Assembly (NCBI GenBank): GCA_965261545.1 | Contig: CBDHDF010000007.1 | Coordinates: forward strand, 32,001 to 96,000 | From: Bdellovibrionales bacterium | GTDB lineage: Bacteria > Bdellovibrionota > Bdellovibrionia > Bdellovibrionales > UBA1609 | Length of the DNA stretch: 64,000 bases | Direction of reading: 5' to 3' | Shown here: positions 57,922-64,000 of the stretch, in pieces | How the letters are laid out: every line of letters begins with the position of its first letter | How positions within the stretch are numbered: position 1 is the stretch's first letter | Translations under genes and position numbers: made by a program | Notes under the pieces: model-generated | Seen by the model: only the letters and a program-made list of their open reading frames with translations | Told to the model about the DNA's origin: nothing | The model's database searches: none

Positions 57922-60753
57922 CTATTGCCAAGGGCAATGAGACCCCACAAGACTTAGACAGGGGGTAAATGAGAATATCTCACTGGCAAGTTGTTGAATG
58001 TCCTTGGCACTTACAGAGGCCAGCTTGTCTCGGAAGTAAAAGGCTTCATCATAGGGCAAGCCATAGATTTCGTTAAAAATCATAGCTGAGGCTGTGGAAG
58101 AATTTCTTTGAAGTTCGATATCGTGTTTACCAATAAGATACTTTCTAGAGCGATCAAGCTCATTCTGAGACACCTTATTTTCAGCCAACTTAGCAAACTC
58201 TTTTTTCATCATAAGAACCGCCGTCTCTACTTTTTCGGGAGAGCAGCCTATGTATCCACCAAAATAGCCAGCATCTATACCATCAAGACGTAGAGGTGAA
58301 ACAGTATACGCCAAAGATGCCTTATCTCTCAGTTCAATAAACAGACGGCCCCCTTGCCCTGATAAAAGAGCCTGAATGACTTCCAAGGTGTAACGCCGAG
58401 GGTCTTGAAAAGTAAGACCTGGATAAATTAAGGCGAGATGAGATTGTTCTTTTGTAGACTCCATAAACAACTTCAAGGGTTTGGTGGGGTACTGATAAGA
58501 GAATTTTTCGCTGTAGGATATTCCAGAAGGATTTGCTTCAGAAGGATTCTTTCCAGAAAGATTTTCTTTAGAATTTTCCATCTGTTGCGTTGATTTCTCT
58601 TTCCACAGCTCTGTGACTTGATTCAAAGAATTGATAACGGCATCCCGGTCAACAATATCTCCCACAACGGCAATACAAAGGTCTTTGACATTTGTCGACC
58701 GATAAAAGAAACTCCTTAACTTTTCTGTGTCAAGAGCCTTCACTGTGGATTCACTCCCACAAAAATCTTTGGCATAGGGGTGTCCCTTAAATAGATGATC
58801 GTGGAGATTTCGAAAACATTCCTGGGCCGGATGGTCAGACCTTGTTTTTACCACCTCTAGCATCATGGATTTTTCTCTTTCCACAGCCTTGCCGCTAAAA
58901 AGAGGTTCCGTGAGAACCTCCCTAAAGAGGTTATACATGGGATCCCAAAAGGGTGAAAGAGTGGTCATAGAGAGGCCGACAGTGTTTCTTCCACCAAATG
59001 CATGGATATTTGAAGCCATGTGATCCATTTTAGCGTACATAGTGGTCTCATCTGTGCTTTCCGTGCCAGCGGACCAAACTCTTGACAATAGGTTTGTGAT
59101 ACCTGTTTCAGTCTCCTTTTCAGCTCTTAAGCCACCAAGAAAGGCGCACTTCATGTTGATGACGGGAGTTTCATCACTGGGTTTTAATATGAGCCTTGCC
59201 CCGGATGTTAGCGTGATTCTTTCTACATTCGACAAAGCTTTGGGAAAAGAATTTGCCTGACCTTGCTTTTGTTGTTTGCTTTTGGGTCTTGGCCACTGGA
59301 TTTTTATTTCTTCTGAATTTATCTTTGAAGAAGCTTTAGAAGCAGACTCAGAAGAAGATGTAGAAGAAATCTTTGAATTTAAAGAGGGATTTAAAGAAAG
59401 GCTCTGTTGATAGTTTTGGCGGAATTTTTTTATCCATTGTTGAGATATCTCTTTATAAGCGAGACCTTCATGATTATCAGCGATATCTTCATGGTTATGA
59501 TTGTTGTTATGACTATGGCTATCCTTGTTAGGTCCGACAAGAACAAAGTTGAGGGTTTCGGGTCTGATATATTCTTTAAAAACCCTCAATAAATCGAAAT
59601 AGGTGATCTCCTGAACCTGCCTTAAATATTTTGCATGGTACTGGTGATCGCCAAACATTTGTTGATAGAAGCCCGCCTTTCTTGCCAATCCATCCACAGT
59701 TTCCATGGAAAAGAACTCTTCGCTTTGAAGGCCAACAATGGCTTTTGCTATTTCGGACTCCGTCGGAGGGTGGGCGAGAAGACCTTTTAGCTCTTCGAGG
59801 AGAATATCTAGGGTTTCATTTATTTTTTCTTTCTTTAAAGAGACTGAAATGGAGAAAAAGCCTGGGTCCATGGCAACAAAGAGACCTGAGTGGACGTAAT
59901 TGACCAAGGGCCTTTGAATGCGAAGAGATTGAGTGAGCCGAGAACTGTCTCCCTGGGCAAGAACCATGGAGAGAACCTCTAGGGGAGGGATGTCTTTGTG
60001 TCTCACGCTGGGAATGCGCCATGCCAAGTGAAGAGTCGTCTCTTTAAACCTTGAGTCCAGGACTTCAATGCGAGACTCTTTCTGGGAAGGTTCAACTTTT
60101 CTTTGAACTCTTTTGAGTTTGTGGGGCTTCAATTCTCCAAAGTACTTCTCCACTTGGCCCTTCATGTGTTCTGAGTTAAAGTCGCCAACAACAAGCAAGG
60201 TCATATTGTGAGGCACGTATCTGGATTGAAAGTATTGAACCAGTTTTTCTCTTTGGATGTTTGTAATGACTTGCTCCTGACCGATGATAGGTTGACCATA
60301 GGGGTGGTCCTTATAAAGGGAGGCAAACAAAGATTGACTGGCGTGACGATGGGGGTCATCAAGAGTTCTTTTTATCTCTTCAAGAACCACTTCTCGCTCG
60401 CTATCGATCTCATGAGTCTCAAAGCGTGGAAACCCCATCATTTCACAAATAACCTCCAAGCCCGCTTCGATAAAATCCTTGGAAATAGTGACATAAAACA
60501 CTGTTTCATCAAAGGATGTGTAGGCATTGAGTTGTCCTCCCGCACTTTCTACAGCATTGGCAATATCGCCCACACCAAATTTTTTTGTTCCCTTAAATAC
60601 AAGGTGCTCAATAAAGTGACTGATTCCTTCCAGCCCCTCCTGCTCATCGGCACTTCCTGTTTTGACCCACATTTGAATGGAGACGACAGGAGATTTGTGA
60701 CTTTCAATGATGAGGACCGGCAGCCCATTTTTTAATTGAATTTCTTGTGTCAT
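57922..60753 (-). CDS. M16 family zinc peptidase (fused two-half form)
   Basis: GISHFIEHLVFKGT (HxxEH), NAYTSFDET, RLFIELRDKASLAY. Confidence 0.93.
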   Translation of the reverse strand: MTQEIQLKNGLPVLIIESHKSPVVSIQMWVKTGSADEQEGLEGISHFIEHLVFKGTKKFGVGDIANAVESAGGQLNAYTSFDETVFYVTISKDFIEAGLEVICEMMGFPRFETHEIDSEREVVLEEIKRTLDDPHRHASQSLFASLYKDHPYGQPIIGQEQVITNIQREKLVQYFQSRYVPHNMTLLVVGDFNSEHMKGQVEKYFGELKPHKLKRVQRKVEPSQKESRIEVLDSRFKETTLHLAWRIPSVRHKDIPPLEVLSMVLAQGDSSRLTQSLRIQRPLVNYVHSGLFVAMDPGFFSISVSLKKEKINETLDILLEELKGLLAHPPTESEIAKAIVGLQSEEFFSMETVDGLARKAGFYQQMFGDHQYHAKYLRQVQEITYFDLLRVFKEYIRPETLNFVLVGPNKDSHSHNNNHNHEDIADNHEGLAYKEISQQWIKKFRQNYQQSLSLNPSLNSKISSTSSSESASKASSKINSEEIKIQWPRPKSKQQKQGQANSFPKALSNVERITLTSGARLILKPSDETPVINMKCAFLGGLRAEKETETGITNLLSRVWSAGTESTDETTMYAKMDHMASNIHAFGGRNTVGLSMTTLSPFWDPMYNLFREVLTEPLFSGKAVEREKSMMLEVVKTRSDHPAQECFRNLHDHLFKGHPYAKDFCGSESTVKALDTEKLRSFFYRSTNVKDLCIAVVGDIVDRDAVINSLNQVTELWKEKSTQQMENSKENLSGKNPSEANPSGISYSEKFSYQYPTKPLKLFMESTKEQSHLALIYPGLTFQDPRRYTLEVIQALLSGQGGRLFIELRDKASLAYTVSPLRLDGIDAGYFGGYIGCSPEKVETAVLMMKKEFAKLAENKVSQNELDRSRKYLIGKHDIELQRNSSTASAMIFNEIYGLPYDEAFYFRDKLASVSAKDIQQLASEIFSFTPCLSLVGSHCPWQ

Positions 60754-60770
60754 AGTTTAAAACCCTTCTT

Positions 60771-61919
60771 ATGGCTTGTGGAGTTTACGTTCATATTCCC
60801 TATTGCATTCAGCGTTGTCATTACTGCGATTTTACGACCTTTGAGCAAAGCCAGCTGATGCCCCCTAAAGACTATATCTCTTTGATTATCCAGGAAATTC
60901 GCTTGCGTGCCTCAATGATCCCCAGCAAACTCATGGAGTCCATTTACTTTGGCGGGGGAACTCCAAGCCTCATGCCTGCCGAGTTCATTCTATCTATTAT
61001 TGAAGAGCTTGCAAGCCATGGTTTTCAAAGGGGACCAGAATGTGAGGTCACAATTGAAATCAACCCAGCTACCATTGATGAAAAAAAGCTCCAAACCTAT
61101 TTAGAGGGAGGTATCAATCGCTTTAGTCTAGGGGCTCAATCTTTTAGCGAGACTCGGCTTAAAGCCTGTGGTCGTGAACATAGCGTTCAGCAAACGCGAG
61201 ACACACTGGAGTTGCTGAAAGCCCATGTGAAAAACTTTTCCTTGGATATCCTGTTTGCCCTTCCTCACCAGAGTCTCAATGAGTTGAAGATAGATTTAGA
61301 GGAGGTGCGCCAAGTCAACCCTCCCCATGTCAGCCCCTATCTTCTCACGGTTCCGAAGGGGCACCCCATGTCACGGGGAAGGCCCCCCGAAGGAGAACAG
61401 GTGGCGATGTTTCATCTTATAGAGTCTGTGCTGGGTGATATGGGACTTCAAAAATATGAACTCTCTAACTTTTCTAGGCCACACTTTGAATCCGTTCACA
61501 ATAACACCTACTGGTCGGATGAAAACTATTGGGGCCTTGGGCTCAGTGCCCACTCCTATTTTAGGGAGTGGAAGACTCGTTTTTGGAACCCTAAAACTTG
61601 GCCCGAATACTTAGAGTACCTAAAGTGCCTAAAAGGCATGAAAGGAAAAGGAAGCCACTTTGATAAAAATTACTCGGAGAAATTGAGCGAGGGCGAATAT
61701 GGCTTTGATTTTGTTCATACGGGGCTAAGGCTTTCCAAGGGAGTGGAAAAAAAGAAGTTTTATGAACGACTTGATGTCAAGGTGGCTCATAGCTTGAGCC
61801 AAAAACTCACAGAGCTTGAGGAGAGGGGCTGGGTAATTTCCAATGATTCCACATGGAAACTGACAAAAGAGGGGCAGTTGATGAGCAACCAAGTGTTTGC
61901 TGCACTTCCTATTACTTGA
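60771..61919 (+). CDS. hemW: Radical SAM heme chaperone HemW (HemN-like)
   Basis: YVHIPYCIQRCHYCDF, YFGGGTPS, YELSNF, HNNTYW. Confidence 0.92.
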   Translation: MACGVYVHIPYCIQRCHYCDFTTFEQSQLMPPKDYISLIIQEIRLRASMIPSKLMESIYFGGGTPSLMPAEFILSIIEELASHGFQRGPECEVTIEINPATIDEKKLQTYLEGGINRFSLGAQSFSETRLKACGREHSVQQTRDTLELLKAHVKNFSLDILFALPHQSLNELKIDLEEVRQVNPPHVSPYLLTVPKGHPMSRGRPPEGEQVAMFHLIESVLGDMGLQKYELSNFSRPHFESVHNNTYWSDENYWGLGLSAHSYFREWKTRFWNPKTWPEYLEYLKCLKGMKGKGSHFDKNYSEKLSEGEYGFDFVHTGLRLSKGVEKKKFYERLDVKVAHSLSQKLTELEERGWVISNDSTWKLTKEGQLMSNQVFAALPIT

Positions 61920-62108
61920 CGAGTCATCTTCCATGAATAGTGGGTGAAAGCACCTGACAAAACCCAAAGAATGTGCATAGTATGATGACACATGGTGCAT
62001 GCAAGGCACGAGGCTTACCAGTGATGCCACCATGGTGGGGTGGGTGACGGAATGGAGTATTGGAGTACTAAGAAATTCAAGATGAGCTATTGTTAAAGGA
62101 GAGGACCA

Positions 62109-62840
62109 TTGAAGGAGATTGGGAATAAGAAAGATAATAATTCTAACAATTCTAGCAGTTTTAGAAGCTCTAAAGACTCTCTGGAGCCAAAGGTCACCAA
62201 TACACCAAAACCCCAAGAAGTAGGAAACCCAGAGAGGCTGGAATCATTAGAGAAAGAAGAGAATTCACATAAAAATACGCTCGCAAAGGAAAAAAGCTAT
62301 GAAGAGGCTATCACTAAAATTGAAGAGCTTAAGAAAGAACTTCTCTACCTAAAAGCTGAATTTGACAACTATAAGAAACAGTCTATTAAAGAGAGGTCTA
62401 ACCTTATTAAGTACGGTGGAGAAGGCTTGGCTGTGGCCTTGCTAGATATCTTGGATAATTTTGAAAGAGCATCTCAAATAGAGGTGAATATGGAAACCCT
62501 TGAAAGCTTTAAGCAGGGAGTTGAAATGACAGCATCAGGACTTAAGTCAGTTCTTCAAAGCTTTGGCATCGAAGAGGTGAGCAGTCTTCACCAACCTTTT
62601 AACCCCAGCTTCCATGAAGCCATTGGCCAAGAAGAAAGCTCTGAAGTTCCCACAGATCATGTCACTCAAGTTTTTAGAAAGCCCTATAAATTTCACACCA
62701 AAGTTATTCGACCGGGTCAGGTTGTGGTTGCCAAAGAAAGTTCTTCATTGGAAATTTCAATTTCCCCCGAAGCTTCACCCAAAGACTCTAGTGCTGATGC
62801 AAGTATTGATGCAGGTGTTGATACTGATGCAAAGAGGTAA
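62109..62840 (+). CDS. grpE: Nucleotide exchange factor GrpE
   Basis: AEFDNYKK, LDILDNFERA, FNPSFHEAI, VIRPGQVVVAK. Confidence 0.95.
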   Translation: MKEIGNKKDNNSNNSSSFRSSKDSLEPKVTNTPKPQEVGNPERLESLEKEENSHKNTLAKEKSYEEAITKIEELKKELLYLKAEFDNYKKQSIKERSNLIKYGGEGLAVALLDILDNFERASQIEVNMETLESFKQGVEMTASGLKSVLQSFGIEEVSSLHQPFNPSFHEAIGQEESSEVPTDHVTQVFRKPYKFHTKVIRPGQVVVAKESSSLEISISPEASPKDSSADASIDAGVDTDAKR

Positions 62841-64000
62841 AATCCTTCTTTTTTCATTTTTCTTTATAACCCATTGTTACCATTTGCCTCGCAAAGTGCC
62901 TCCCGTCATCTCGCCCATCAATATTAAGGAAAAATTGAAAACAGCTAAGAAGCTTCACAATCACGGCCAACAACAGCAAGCCCTTCTTCATTTGCAAGAT
63001 GTTGTGGGCGAATCACCCTTTTCTGACTCGGCAGATGATGCCTATATGCTTATGGGGCAGATATATTACAAAAATGAGAGATATAAAAAATCCTATAAAT
63101 CTTACCTTTCGATTGTTAAATCAAGCACTCAAAGTCCTATTGAAATAAATGCCTACTTGGGAGCCGCCAAAAGCCTTTACCAATTGGGTCGATACGATGA
63201 AAGTTTTTCACTTATCAATCAGGGCCTCAAGCACCCGTCCATTGATGATAAAAACAATAGCAATGCTTTGGTTGAAATGAGAGAACTAAAGGACCGTATC
63301 TTTGATGGACTTGGAGATCAAGTCGATGCCTTGGAAAACCTCATCTATCTCTCCAAGGTGCATCCTCATGCCAAGCAAAGAATGAAATACGAATTAAAAG
63401 CAGTTAAGATCGTAAATTCTCATCTCAATGTGGAAGAACTTTTATTTGTTTCTAAAAAAGAGTTATTTGCATTCATTCACCCCCAAGCCCACTTTCGTTT
63501 GGCCTCTCACTATTATGAAGAAAGAAATTTCTTTAAAGCCCAGTACCATACAAATCATATTTCAAAGAAAAATTGGTATCTCTATGAGAAAGCCCAAAGA
63601 CTTTTCAAGCAGATGGTTTCTCGAAACAAGGTTCATACAAAAACGATTGGAGTCATTCTTCCTCTGACGGGGAAGCACTCTCGATGGGCTCGAAAGTCTC
63701 TTAAGGGCCTTCAGTTAAGCCTTGGCATTTTCAGTGAATTAGGGAACCCGGGAAATTCAGGGGGAGCAGGAAGCCTAGGGAAGCCAGCAAGCCTAGAAAA
63801 GCCAAAAAGCTCAGGAAAGCCAGGGGACGCCTATACACTTGCTGTTGTGGATAGTCGGAATCACCACGATTATGCAAGAAGAGCTGTAGAAAACCTTGTT
63901 GTGGAAAACAATGTTATCGCTATTGTTGGTGGTTTGCTGACAAAAACCGCCACAGCCATTTCAGCCAAGTCTCAAGAGTTAGGTGTGCCCAATATTAGCT
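62827..64000 (+). CDS. TPR plus periplasmic-binding-fold protein (LppC/LpoA-like), runs off the window
   Basis: Open frame from ATG 62827 to the window end: DDAYMLMGQIYY TPR, TIGVILPLTG.H, LAVVDS, VIAIVGGL; not in the ORF track because it has no stop. Confidence 0.8.
   Translation, partial: MQRGKILLFSFFFITHCYHLPRKVPPVISPINIKEKLKTAKKLHNHGQQQQALLHLQDVVGESPFSDSADDAYMLMGQIYYKNERYKKSYKSYLSIVKSSTQSPIEINAYLGAAKSLYQLGRYDESFSLINQGLKHPSIDDKNNSNALVEMRELKDRIFDGLGDQVDALENLIYLSKVHPHAKQRMKYELKAVKIVNSHLNVEELLFVSKKELFAFIHPQAHFRLASHYYEERNFFKAQYHTNHISKKNWYLYEKAQRLFKQMVSRNKVHTKTIGVILPLTGKHSRWARKSLKGLQLSLGIFSELGNPGNSGGAGSLGKPASLEKPKSSGKPGDAYTLAVVDSRNHHDYARRAVENLVVENNVIAIVGGLLTKTATAISAKSQELGVPNIS

Overview
Chromosomal window from a bacterium whose gene order and protein styles suggest Bdellovibrionota/deltaproteobacterial affinity (inference, no database search). 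Housekeeping blocks are tRNA(CAT)-rpoD-dnaG-yqeY-rpsU, cysS-gltX, ihf-pyrF-rlmB-tRNAs, rpsB-tsf-pyrH-frr-uppS-cdsA-rseP-tsaB-rluD and M16 peptidase-hemW-grpE-lppC-like. Three accessory zones stand out. (1) A sigma54-type promoter drives TPR-fliF-fliG-motE, a stripped-down flagellar operon whose FliF appears to lack its N-terminal ring domains. (2) An FGE/CLec-fold lipoprotein has a C-terminus resembling a DGR variable region, with compensating frameshifts, and lies near an orphan DUF2442 gene and a group II intron 3' remnant. (3) A ~14 kb nest of insertion sequences (43.9-57.8 kb) can be unpicked by IRs and TSDs: MITE > IS256 > IS4 with a passenger gene; two IS1634 copies with 145 bp and >=209 bp target duplications; an ISNCY/IS5-like element; two copies of a second IS4; and a fragmented IS110. 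The IS110 leader holds a candidate bridge RNA (54659-54845) oriented opposite to the recombinase gene, with an internal guide-like segment identical to the element's own end junction (ATGTTAC-TT). Short in-frame tandem duplications occur in many genes throughout the window.
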